Shown one piece after another: positions 7,845-16,238 of a DNA stretch of 64,000 bases (its first letter is position 1; the number at the start of each line of letters is the position of its first letter). A program made the translations under genes and the position numbers. The stretch comes from Candidatus Binataceae bacterium. GTDB taxonomy: Bacteria > Desulfobacterota > Binatia > Binatales > Binataceae. Under the pieces are notes generated by a model. The model did not search any database. It worked only from the letters and a program-made list of their open reading frames with translations, and was not told the DNA's origin. The stretch covers positions 370 through 64,369 of the forward strand of contig DATJXN010000089.1 of the NCBI GenBank assembly GCA_035500095.1. The letters run 5' to 3'.

Positions 7845-8616
7845 ACCATCGCGCGCCAAACGATGGCACGGCCACGGCTTGCCCTATCTCGACGAGAAGC
7901 CGCTGCCCGGCCATCTCATCGTGATCGAAGGCACCGACGGCGTCGGCCGCTCGACCCAGGTCGAGTTGCTGCGCGGATGGCTCGAGCTTGAGGGCCATGC
8001 GGTCAGCAATACCGGATGGACGCGCTCGCCGCTGCTCTCGGCCACGATCGCGGACGCCAAAGCCGGCCATCAGCTCACGCCGATCACCTTCAGCCTGCTC
8101 TACGCCGCCGATTTCGCCGACCGGTTGGAGCACGAGATTCTGCCCGCGCTGCAAGCCGGCTTCGTGGTGATCGCCGACCGCTACATGTACACCGCCTTTG
8201 CGCGCAACGCCGTGATGGGCACCGACCCGGAGTGGACTCACGAAGTCTTCGGGATGGCGCTGGTGCCGGACCTCGTCCTGTATCTGGAAATCGACGTCGA
8301 TACGCTGGTGCCGCGCGTGCTCCGCGGCAAAGGGATGGACTACTGGGAGTCCGGGATGCATCTGGCGCTGTCGAGCGACATCTTCGACTCGTTCCAGAAC
8401 TATCAGCGGCGCATCATCGAGGAGTACCGCCGCCTCGCGCGCGATTTCGGCTTCGTCACCATCGACGCCCGCGAATCGATCAGCAAGATTCAGAGCGAGA
8501 TCCGCGCGCACGTGTCGGATTATCTCCGCCGCGCGCACAACGGCTTCCAGCCGCAAGCTGACGGTCCCTCGCCCGCTCCGTCGGCGCGCCCGCTCGCGCA
8601 GGCGCGCAAGGGCTAG
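7822..8616 (+). CDS. Thymidylate-kinase-like P-loop protein, paralog 2 (Walker-A Lys replaced by Arg)
   Basis: Motifs: GHLIVIEGTDGVGRSTQVELL, LLYAADFADRL, VIADRYMYTAFAR. The start overlaps paralog 1 by 23 nt (alternative ATG 7834). Confidence 0.8.
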   Translation: MATRMAIRPSRAKRWHGHGLPYLDEKPLPGHLIVIEGTDGVGRSTQVELLRGWLELEGHAVSNTGWTRSPLLSATIADAKAGHQLTPITFSLLYAADFADRLEHEILPALQAGFVVIADRYMYTAFARNAVMGTDPEWTHEVFGMALVPDLVLYLEIDVDTLVPRVLRGKGMDYWESGMHLALSSDIFDSFQNYQRRIIEEYRRLARDFGFVTIDARESISKIQSEIRAHVSDYLRRAHNGFQPQADGPSPAPSARPLAQARKG

Positions 8617-8634
8617 TCGGATAGCCCGCGTGTC

Positions 8635-9138
8635 ATGACGCTCTATATTCTGCGCCACGGATCGGCCGAGAACGAACCGCCGGGGGGCGGCGACGACGGC
8701 GCGCGCCGGCTGACCGCCCGCGGCCGAGAAAAAGTGCGCGAAGCGGCGGCCGGGATGCGAGCCTTGGGTATCAAGTTCGACGCGATCCTTTCAAGCCCCC
8801 TGCCGCGCGCCGCTGAAACCGCGGAACTCGTCGCCGCCGCGTACCCGGGCGGACCGGCGCCGGAGACTTGCGCGGCGCTCTCCACCGGAGCGTCGCCAGC
8901 CGAGACCGTCGCCGCGCTCAAGCCCTATGCGCGGCACGACAATCTTGTGCTCGTCGGACACGAACCGGGACTGAGCGGTATCGCTTCGCTGCTGCTGACC
9001 GGGTCGGCCAACAGCGTGAGCTTCGACCTCAAGAAAACGGGAATGATTGCGCTCGACCTTGCCGACGGCATCGAGCGCCGCGGCGCGCGACTGCTGTGGG
9101 TGCTCACGCCGCGCCAGTTACGCCGGATGGGCAAGTAA
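8635..9138 (+). CDS. sixA: Phosphohistidine phosphatase SixA family (histidine phosphatase superfamily)
   Basis: MTLYILRHGSAE (RHG motif) and second catalytic His in LVLVGHEPGL; 167 aa. Confidence 0.85.
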   Translation: MTLYILRHGSAENEPPGGGDDGARRLTARGREKVREAAAGMRALGIKFDAILSSPLPRAAETAELVAAAYPGGPAPETCAALSTGASPAETVAALKPYARHDNLVLVGHEPGLSGIASLLLTGSANSVSFDLKKTGMIALDLADGIERRGARLLWVLTPRQLRRMGK

Positions 9139-9156
9139 CGGCCTTCGCTCCGATAC

Positions 9157-9200
9157 GAAAAAGAAAAAGGCCCGCAGCGGCTTTCGAGCCGTCGCGGGCC
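9157..9200 (-). terminator. Intrinsic terminator of the LLM oxidoreductase gene (hairpin shared with the convergent sixA operon)
   Basis: Hairpin GGCCCGCAGCGGCT-TTCG-AGCCGTCGCGGGCC (9169-9200). On the minus strand it is followed by TTTTTCTTTTT (9157-9168). Confidence 0.7.
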
Positions 9201-9223
9201 TTCGCGATCGCGCGTTCTTTGCG

Positions 9224-10321
9224 TTACGCCGAGGCGCGCAGCGGCTCGAAGCTGTCTTCGCCCCAGCTTCTAACCTCGGGCAGGACCTCCTTGGCAATCA
9301 GCCGCATGCTCGATTCGGCGTCCTTGAACGGCAGGCCGGCGTAGCTCGTACAGACGTTCCATTCGAAATCGCCGATCTTGGCGCGCCGGCGTTCGAGCTT
9401 GTCGAGCAGCTGCTGCGGCGTGCCCCACGCCTGCTCCATCGCGAACGTTTCGGCGGCCTTCTCCAACCCGGTCTCGCGCAGGATCTGGCTCGCGTTGGCG
9501 TAATTCTCGTAGCCCTTGAGCCTGGAGTGATAGTCGTCGTTGAACTCGTAGTGTTTGATCACCGAGAGGTAGTAGCCGGCGATATGGCGGCGGGCCAGCT
9601 CTTCGGCGCGTCCGGCGTCGCGGTCGCAGTAGGTGAAATCGATCGCGAGCGGCGGCGGCGCCGGCCGATGCTGATGCTTGCGGAAGGCCTCGCGATACAT
9701 CTCGATGCCGGGCAGATGCTGTTCGATGCTGAACTGCACGAAGAACATCATGCGGCCGCCGAGCTCGCCCACGATCGGCGCCGAGTCGGGCGACATCGCG
9801 ACACCATACAGGCGTGCGTCAAACGGACGCTCGGGGCGCGGCTTGATCTCGGTGCGCACCTGCTTGTAGTAGCGCCCGTTGCCTTCCATATAGCCCGTGC
9901 GCAGCGCCTCGAGGATCATTTTTGCCGACTCGTTGAAGCGCTCGCGCGATTCATTCATGTCGATATTGAAAATCCGGTACTCCATCCGCGCAAGCCCGCG
10001 CCCCAAGCCCAGGATGAAGCGGCCGTTGCAGAGCGCGTCGAGCATCGAGACTTTCTCGGCTACCCGCAGAGGATCGTTCCACGGCAGAATCACGGCCGCA
10101 GTGCCGAGATGGATTTTGCTGGTGCGCCCAGCCAGGTAGGTGAGCACCTGGAAATTGTCGGGCAGCTCGGAATAGGAGTCGAAGTGATGCTCGGCGCTCC
10201 AGATGGTGTCGAAGCCGAGCGGCTCCGCAAGCTCCGCGATTCGCATCTCCTGACGCACCATCTCGGCGTCCGATAGCCCCTGATGCGCGTTCTGGAACAG
10301 CAGCATGTACCCGGTTCTCAT
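9224..10321 (-). CDS. LLM-class (luciferase-like) flavin-dependent oxidoreductase
   Basis: Motifs: FDTIWSAEHHF, LGTAAVILPWNDPLRVAEKVSMLDALCNGRFILGLGRG; 365 aa. Confidence 0.85.
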   Translation of the reverse strand: MRTGYMLLFQNAHQGLSDAEMVRQEMRIAELAEPLGFDTIWSAEHHFDSYSELPDNFQVLTYLAGRTSKIHLGTAAVILPWNDPLRVAEKVSMLDALCNGRFILGLGRGLARMEYRIFNIDMNESRERFNESAKMILEALRTGYMEGNGRYYKQVRTEIKPRPERPFDARLYGVAMSPDSAPIVGELGGRMMFFVQFSIEQHLPGIEMYREAFRKHQHRPAPPPLAIDFTYCDRDAGRAEELARRHIAGYYLSVIKHYEFNDDYHSRLKGYENYANASQILRETGLEKAAETFAMEQAWGTPQQLLDKLERRRAKIGDFEWNVCTSYAGLPFKDAESSMRLIAKEVLPEVRSWGEDSFEPLRASA

Positions 10322-10408
10322 AGTGTCACCTCGCCTGTCGAATCATAACCATTCACATATAGCCATATATCGCGTTGCGCGGAAGATATCCGTATCTGCC
10401 CCCGGCGC

Positions 10409-11293
10409 TCAGTGCGGTAGTCCTGCGCCGACGCCCGCGGCGCCCGGCGGCTTGACGAATTTCAGCACGAAGCGGTCCTGCTCGCCGCGATGCTTCATCA
10501 CGAACCAGGTGCGGTCGTCCTTGGGCTTGCGCAGCACCGCGGAAGCCGCGGCCAGTCTGAAGCCGGCCTGCTTGATCTCATTGGTCTCGAAGGCTTCGTC
10601 GATACGATGCAGCGTCTTGGCGTCGCGCGCGCCCGAGCCCGCAACGGCGCTGTTGTCGATCACGCCGTAAACGCCGCCCGGCTTAAGTGCCCTGAATACC
10701 GCCGCGTTTATTTTGGTGCGATCGTAACCGCGCCCCACCAGGTCATGGTAGTTCATGTCGATGATCACGGCGTCGAGCGATTCGGGCGGCACCGGCAGTA
10801 TGGCATCGGGCTTGTCGAAGGGCTTGGAAAGCTCGACCACGTTGCTCATCCCGGGCTCCTGGAGCCGCGCCTTCCACGCCTCCTCGCCCTTTTTGAAGGC
10901 CGGCGGGAACGGACCGTTCTGCGAGTAAACCTTTCCGTTCGGTCCCACCACGCGCGCCAGCAACTCGGTCGTATAACCGCCCCCGGCCCAGAGGTCGGCA
11001 ACCTTCATCCCGGGCGCGATTCCGAAAAACGCCACGATCTGCTCGGGGTGGCGCGACGCGTCCAGTTGCTTGTCGGCCGCCGGACGATCCGGCGAATTGA
11101 TCGCGCCTGTAATCGCCTGGGAGACCTGGGGCGGAACCTCGCCATTAGCGGGCATGCCGGCGTCGGCCGCTGCGGCGAGCTGATTCGCGCCTAGGGTCCC
11201 CAGCGCCGTGAGCGCCAGAGCAACCGCAAAGATCATCGAAAAGACCATCGACGGAAAGATCGCCGCGGGAACCGAAAGCCGTCTGAACATCAT
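10409..11293 (-). CDS. Secreted/periplasmic class I SAM-dependent methyltransferase-like protein
   Basis: N-terminal signal-like segment MMFRRLSVPAAIFPSMVFSMIFAVALALTALG. Methyltransferase motif I-like VADLWAGGGYTTELLARVVGPNGKVY, plus VIIDMNYHDLV. Confidence 0.7.
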   Translation of the reverse strand: MMFRRLSVPAAIFPSMVFSMIFAVALALTALGTLGANQLAAAADAGMPANGEVPPQVSQAITGAINSPDRPAADKQLDASRHPEQIVAFFGIAPGMKVADLWAGGGYTTELLARVVGPNGKVYSQNGPFPPAFKKGEEAWKARLQEPGMSNVVELSKPFDKPDAILPVPPESLDAVIIDMNYHDLVGRGYDRTKINAAVFRALKPGGVYGVIDNSAVAGSGARDAKTLHRIDEAFETNEIKQAGFRLAAASAVLRKPKDDRTWFVMKHRGEQDRFVLKFVKPPGAAGVGAGLPH

Positions 11294-11322
11294 ACGTCCT
11301 TTCCGGGGACCGCTCGCCGCCG

Positions 11323-12093
11323 TCAGCGGCGGGCCTGCGAGCGTCCGCGCTCAACCACGGCGGCGCGGCGGTCCGCCACGCCCTGGAAATTGCGGCTTAA
11401 GTTGAAGGCGCGGAAAAAGTCCTGCTCGATCCGCAGGCCGTCGCCGAGCGGGGCCTCGGTCGCGAGGTTGATCAACCGCTTCACCTGGCGCACGACGCGC
11501 TGGTCTGCACCCTGGATTTGGCGCGCCAGTTCGCCCGCGGCTGTCATCAGTTGATCGGCCGGCACCACGCGGTTGACCAGACCGAGCCGCTCGGCATCGC
11601 GCGCATTCAGATAGTTCCCCGTCAGCGACAGTTCCTTGGCCTTGCGCACGCCGACCGCGCGCGGCAGCCGCGCCGACATCCCGCCGCCCGGCATCACGCC
11701 GACCCGCGCGTGCGTGTCGGCGAACTGCGCCGTTTCCGAGGCGATGATGATGTCGCAAGCGAGCGCCAGTTCGAAACCGCCGGTGACGGCGTAGCCATTG
11801 ACCGCCGCGATTACCGGCGCTTCCATCCGCTCGACCACCGAGATGAAGGTTACGCCGCCGGTCTCGCGGAGCCCCTCGGCGCCAAGTTCGGTGAGGTCGA
11901 GCCCGGCCGAGAATGCGCGCCCGGCCCCGGTCAGGATCACCACGGCTACGGCAGGGTCGGCGCCAAGCTCCTGCATTGCGCGGCAAAACGCCCCCCGCAT
12001 CTCGCGGTTGAGCGCGTTGAGCTTTTCCGGACGGTTGAGCGTAACCGTCGCGATTCCGTCCTCCCGGCCGACCGTAATCAGTTGCTGACTCAT
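11323..12093 (-). CDS. Enoyl-CoA hydratase/isomerase (crotonase) family protein
   Basis: Motifs: TLNRPEKLNAL, VILTGAGRAFSAGLDL, AAVNGYAVTGGFELALACD. ATG 12093 has an upstream GAGGGTGG (track start GTG 12105). Confidence 0.85.
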   Translation of the reverse strand: MSQQLITVGREDGIATVTLNRPEKLNALNREMRGAFCRAMQELGADPAVAVVILTGAGRAFSAGLDLTELGAEGLRETGGVTFISVVERMEAPVIAAVNGYAVTGGFELALACDIIIASETAQFADTHARVGVMPGGGMSARLPRAVGVRKAKELSLTGNYLNARDAERLGLVNRVVPADQLMTAAGELARQIQGADQRVVRQVKRLINLATEAPLGDGLRIEQDFFRAFNLSRNFQGVADRRAAVVERGRSQARR

Positions 12094-12265
12094 CGAAAGC
12101 GCCACCCTCTGCCGCCAGAGCTAACACAGCCCGCTCCGGGCGTAAAACGGAGCGGCCGATGGACAATTCGCGGCAAGCGCGCACGACCGCCGGCATCGGC
12201 GGGCCGCGTCTATCGGCTAAATGAGATCGCCGCGCTGGCGACTATACCTATAGCCGCGTTGCGGA

Positions 12266-13978
12266 CTAGCCGCGGCCGCGACTCGCCGACGAGGGCAACG
12301 GAGTCGGATTGCTGTCGGCAAAGCGCCAGGCCTTGCGGAACTGCTCGCGCGTCTTTGCGGCCTCGGCGGTCTTGCCCTCGGCGCTAAGGCATTGGGCGAG
12401 TCCGTACAGTGAGCGGGGATTGCCGGGGTTCATTTTCAAATCTTCGCGGTAGACCGCCTCCGCCTCCTGCGTCCGGCCCATCGCCAGCAGTTGGGCGCCG
12501 AGCGATTCGCGCACCGGGAAGTACCAGATCGGCGGCTCCTCGTAGATCAGCGCGTCCTGCAGGCGGACGGCATCAGCAAGCTTGGCGGCGGCGCCCTTGC
12601 GATCGCCGCGCGCCGCGGCGATCTCGCCGGCAACGACGATTACCGCAACTTCCGCGACGTTCTTCGCGCGATTACTGGTGCCGAGCGGCCGGTCTGGCGC
12701 GATCGCCGCCGCCGTCGCTTCGAGTTGCTTGTGCTCGCTTATGGCCTCAGCGCGCTTTCCCTTGGCGCTGTATGCCAGCGCCCGCGCGTAGTGCCACATC
12801 GCGCTCGTGAACGGCAAGTCCGTGGGCGGCTTGGGCTCCCTGAGGACTTCATCCCACATCCCGAAACGGACTTCGACGAAGTACGGCATCGGCACCAGGA
12901 ACTCCGCCATCGGCATCCCGCGCACCGCGTCGAGCGGCACCTTGGTCTCGAGCAGGCGGGCGCTCGCGAGCGCCTCGCGCTTTCGTCCCTCCATCATCTG
13001 CGAGTAGCAGAGGAAGTGAATGTTGTGAGTGTAGTACATCAGCGGATAGACGCCGCTCTCGCTGGTCCTGGCAAAGAACGCGTTGTCCGCCTTGATGGCG
13101 CGTGCGTTGACCTCGGCGGCGTCGTGAAAGCGGCCGGTGCGCACGTAGATGTGCGAGGGCATGTGCACCAGGTGGCCCGAGGCGGGCGCGAGCGCGCCCA
13201 GTCGATCCGCACTTGCCATCGCACGCGCGGGATCGGGCGAGGCCTCGACCGCGTGGATGTAATAGTGGTTCGCGCCGATGTGGTTAGGATCCTTCTTGAG
13301 CACGGTTTCCAGCGTGGCCACGATCTCGAGCGTGTCGGGACCGGGCTTGCCGTCGACGCTCCACAGACGCCACGGATGCAAATCCATCAGCGATTCCGCG
13401 AACAGCGTCTGCACGTCGAGATCCTCAGGGTACTTGTGCGCCACCGCGCGCATCGCGTTTGCGTATGCCTGGTCCTGGGCGGGCGAGCCTTCCCCATTGG
13501 CGCCGTAGCGCTGCGACAGCGCGTCGATCAAATCGCGCTCCTCGGGTGAAGCGCCGGACTTGAGCGTCTGCGCTCGCGCGACCGCGTCGTGCGCCTTCTT
13601 ACCGCGCACCGGGTCTCCCGGCAGGTTGTAATTCGGCCCCAGCACAAGCGCGACTCCCCAATATGCCATCGCCATCTGCGGATCGAGCTGCGCCGCCTGC
13701 TCGAACGAGCGTTCCGCCTCGTCATGGTTGAACCCGTAGGTGAAGGCGAGGCCCTGGTCGAAGTACTTCTGCGCAAGCGGAGACGCGGTGGTGACCGGAT
13801 GATGCACCGGGCCGAGGCCCGCGTAGAGCGCAATCGTGGGAGCGGCCGGCTTTGCTGAAGCTCCGGCCGGTGCCGAAGCCGGCGTCGTGTCGCCACGCGA
13901 CGATGCGGCCGGCATCAGCGCGGCGGCGGCAGCGGCTAACAACCCTGCCGCAAAGACAAGGCACATTCCCTGTTTCAT
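12266..13978 (-). CDS. TPR-repeat protein with signal peptide (conserved hypothetical)
   Basis: N-terminus MKQGMCLVFAAGLLAAAAAALMPAAS. TPR-like segments AMAYWGVALVLGPNY and RSLYGLAQCLSAEGKTAEA. ATG 13978 preferred over the track start 14020. Confidence 0.65.
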   Translation of the reverse strand: MKQGMCLVFAAGLLAAAAAALMPAASSRGDTTPASAPAGASAKPAAPTIALYAGLGPVHHPVTTASPLAQKYFDQGLAFTYGFNHDEAERSFEQAAQLDPQMAMAYWGVALVLGPNYNLPGDPVRGKKAHDAVARAQTLKSGASPEERDLIDALSQRYGANGEGSPAQDQAYANAMRAVAHKYPEDLDVQTLFAESLMDLHPWRLWSVDGKPGPDTLEIVATLETVLKKDPNHIGANHYYIHAVEASPDPARAMASADRLGALAPASGHLVHMPSHIYVRTGRFHDAAEVNARAIKADNAFFARTSESGVYPLMYYTHNIHFLCYSQMMEGRKREALASARLLETKVPLDAVRGMPMAEFLVPMPYFVEVRFGMWDEVLREPKPPTDLPFTSAMWHYARALAYSAKGKRAEAISEHKQLEATAAAIAPDRPLGTSNRAKNVAEVAVIVVAGEIAAARGDRKGAAAKLADAVRLQDALIYEEPPIWYFPVRESLGAQLLAMGRTQEAEAVYREDLKMNPGNPRSLYGLAQCLSAEGKTAEAAKTREQFRKAWRFADSNPTPLPSSASRGRG

Positions 13979-14166
13979 TCTCTGACCCCTGATGAATTTG
14001 TCGCCCTTGAGCGCGCGCACTTGCGGCGCGCTTGCAGGCCGCGGTCCCCCGCGAACCCTATAGCAACGGGACGGAAGCGAAGAAAGCCAACGCCGGTCCG
14101 CGGCCCCGTGGACTTGGCCGCTCGCGGCGCGCCAAGATAAGCGCGTGACACAATGCGTCCCAAGTA

Positions 14167-14182
14167 ATTCGCGAACGCGAAT
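14167..14182. promoter_or_regulatory. Perfect palindrome ATTCGCG-AA-CGCGAAT in the divergent region upstream of hemE (candidate operator)
   Basis: Read directly. Followed by the direct repeat GATCTGC...GATCTGC (14199-14220). Confidence 0.3.
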
Positions 14183-14278
14183 GTTTTACACGAGAAAGAT
14201 CTGCGCGAGCATGATCTGCAGATGACGCCTCGAGCCGAAGCCCGAGCCGCATCAGCGCCGCCGCTCGACGGCCATCCG

Positions 14279-15292
14279 ATGATGCTCGCGTGCAGGCGCA
14301 AGCCCGCGCCCTATACTCCCGTGTGGCTGATGCGCCAGGCGGGGCGGTACATGCCGGAATATCGCCGCGTACGCGCGCAGCACGATTTTCTCGAGATGTG
14401 CCGGCGGCCGGAGATCGCCGCCGAGGTCACGGTCACCGCGGTCGAACGCCTGGGCGTCGACGCCGCGATCATCTTCGCCGACATCCTGCTGCCGCTAATT
14501 CCGATGGGCGTCGGGCTGCAGTACGAAAAAGATGGCGGCCCAACGATCCAGCGGCCGGTGCGCTCGGTTGCCGATCTCGATCGGATCGCGCCGATCGACG
14601 CCGCCGGCGAACTGGCTTTTGTCGGCGAGGCGATCCGGATGACGCGCCGCGCGCTCGGCGATCGCGCACCGCTCATCGGATTCGCCGGCGCGCCCTTCAC
14701 GCTTGCGTCCTATCTCATCGAGGGCGGCGGCTCGCGCCAGTACCAGGCGACCAAGACCATGATGTACACCGAGCCCGCGACGTGGGATCGCCTGATGGGA
14801 ATGCTGGCGCTCGCCACCGTGGATTATCTCAACATGCAGATAGCGGCGGGCGCCGAGATGGTGCAGCTATTCGACAGTTGGGTCGGCACGCTCGGACCCG
14901 ACGACTATCGCCATTTTGTCCTACCGCACACCGCGGCCGTGATCTCGGCGCTGCGCCCGGGCGTACCGGTGATTCACTTCGGCACCGGAACCGGAAATCT
15001 GCTGGAGCTGATGCGCGATGCGGGCGGCGACGTTATCGGACTCGATTGGCGCGTCGATCTGGGCGAGGCGTGGGCGCGCCTTGGTTACGACGTTGGCGTG
15101 CAAGGCAATCTCGACCCGGTCGCACTCTTCGCGGACATCCCCGAGATTCGCCGGCGCGTGCGGGCGATCCTCGATCGCGCGGCCGGACGCCCCGGCCATA
15201 TCTTCAATCTAGGCCACGGTATCCTACCCGAGACGCCGGTCGACCACGTGCGCGCGCTGGTCGACGCGGTGCACGAGATGAGCCGCAAGTGA
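14279..15292 (+). CDS. hemE: Uroporphyrinogen decarboxylase
   Basis: MMLACRRKPAPYTPVWLMRQAGRYMPEYR matches the canonical HemE N-terminus (PVWMMRQAGRYLPEY). Start 14279 rather than 14222. Confidence 0.9.
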   Translation: MMLACRRKPAPYTPVWLMRQAGRYMPEYRRVRAQHDFLEMCRRPEIAAEVTVTAVERLGVDAAIIFADILLPLIPMGVGLQYEKDGGPTIQRPVRSVADLDRIAPIDAAGELAFVGEAIRMTRRALGDRAPLIGFAGAPFTLASYLIEGGGSRQYQATKTMMYTEPATWDRLMGMLALATVDYLNMQIAAGAEMVQLFDSWVGTLGPDDYRHFVLPHTAAVISALRPGVPVIHFGTGTGNLLELMRDAGGDVIGLDWRVDLGEAWARLGYDVGVQGNLDPVALFADIPEIRRRVRAILDRAAGRPGHIFNLGHGILPETPVDHVRALVDAVHEMSRK

Positions 15293-16215
15293 ACGCTCAG
15301 GACCGATACGGCGCAGTGCTGATGATAGGTTTCGGCGGACCAGCCAGTCTCGCCGAGATTCGCCCGTTCCTCGACCGCGTGACCGCGGGACGGCCGATTC
15401 CACGCGAGCGTTACGAGGAAGTCGTACATCATTACGAAGCGATTGGCGGGCGTTCGCCGTTCAACGAAATAACCGGGCGCCAGGCGGCAGCGCTGCGCGA
15501 GCGGCTCGCGCGCGGGGGGGTGGAGATTCCGGTCATGCTCGGGATGCGCAATACGTCGCCGTGGCTCGACGACGCTCTCGCCGAGCTTGGCCGCGCCGCG
15601 GTGCGGCGCGCGCTCGGATTCGTGCTCGCGGCCCATCGCTGCGAAGCCAGCTGGGACCGCTACCTGCGAAACGTCGAGGACGCGCGCGCACGTGTCGGCC
15701 CAGCGGCGCCGGCGATCGACTACCTCCGCGAATGGCACGCGCACCCGCTTTTCATCGAGGCAGCGGCCGACCGTGTCGCCGACGCGCTCGCGCGCCTCGA
15801 GCCCGCCGCGCGCGCGCGCGCGATTCTCATCTTCACCGCGCACAGCATCCCGGCCGCGATGGCGTCGGCGAGCCCATACGTCGAGCAGCTGCGCGAATCC
15901 GCGGAGTTGATCGCGCGGCGCCTCGACCGGCGCGAATGGAGGCTCGCCTTTCAAAGCCGGAGCGGCAATCCGCGCGATCCGTGGCTCGAGCCCGACGTAT
16001 GCGATGTGCTCTGCGGAATCGAGGGCCGGGCGGCGGTGATCGCGCCGGTCGGCTTCATCTGCGATCACGTCGAAGTGCTGTACGACCTCGACGTCGAGGC
16101 GGCGCGCGTGGCGCGCGAAGCGGGCGTGACGATGGTGCGAGCGGCGACCGTCGGCGAGCATCCGCAGTTCATCGAGATGATCGCCGCGCTGATTCGCGAG
16201 CGCATGCTCGCCTGA
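15289..16215 (+). CDS. hemH: Ferrochelatase (protoporphyrin or coproporphyrin ferrochelatase)
   Basis: The last 308 aa of track ORF 14290..16215 read VLMIGFGGP, ILIFTAHSIP, FQSRSGNPRDPWLEPD. GTG 15289 overlaps the hemE stop (GTGA). Confidence 0.85.
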   Translation: MNAQDRYGAVLMIGFGGPASLAEIRPFLDRVTAGRPIPRERYEEVVHHYEAIGGRSPFNEITGRQAAALRERLARGGVEIPVMLGMRNTSPWLDDALAELGRAAVRRALGFVLAAHRCEASWDRYLRNVEDARARVGPAAPAIDYLREWHAHPLFIEAAADRVADALARLEPAARARAILIFTAHSIPAAMASASPYVEQLRESAELIARRLDRREWRLAFQSRSGNPRDPWLEPDVCDVLCGIEGRAAVIAPVGFICDHVEVLYDLDVEAARVAREAGVTMVRAATVGEHPQFIEMIAALIRERMLA

Positions 16216-16238
16216 CCCGGCGGGAGCGGCAGGGCGGG

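Noticed and set aside
10355-12262. Shared short motif TATAGCC..GCGTTGCG(C)GGA downstream of the methyltransferase (about 10360-10388) and TPR (about 12243-12262) genes, and CCTATAGCAACGG near 14048
   Set aside because: The matches are short and gapped, and the positions relative to genes are inconsistent. They may be chance in the few AT-containing spots of GC-rich spacers, and this cannot be assessed without a genome-wide count.
14290-15288. N-terminal two-thirds of the 641-aa ORF 14290..16215, and the N-terminal parts of ORFs 15561..17714 and 17117..18949
   Set aside because: They are out-of-frame read-through over hemE, hemH and hemY respectively. Only the C-terminal parts, from the internal starts 15289, 16239 and 17711, show HemH, HemY and DinB motifs.
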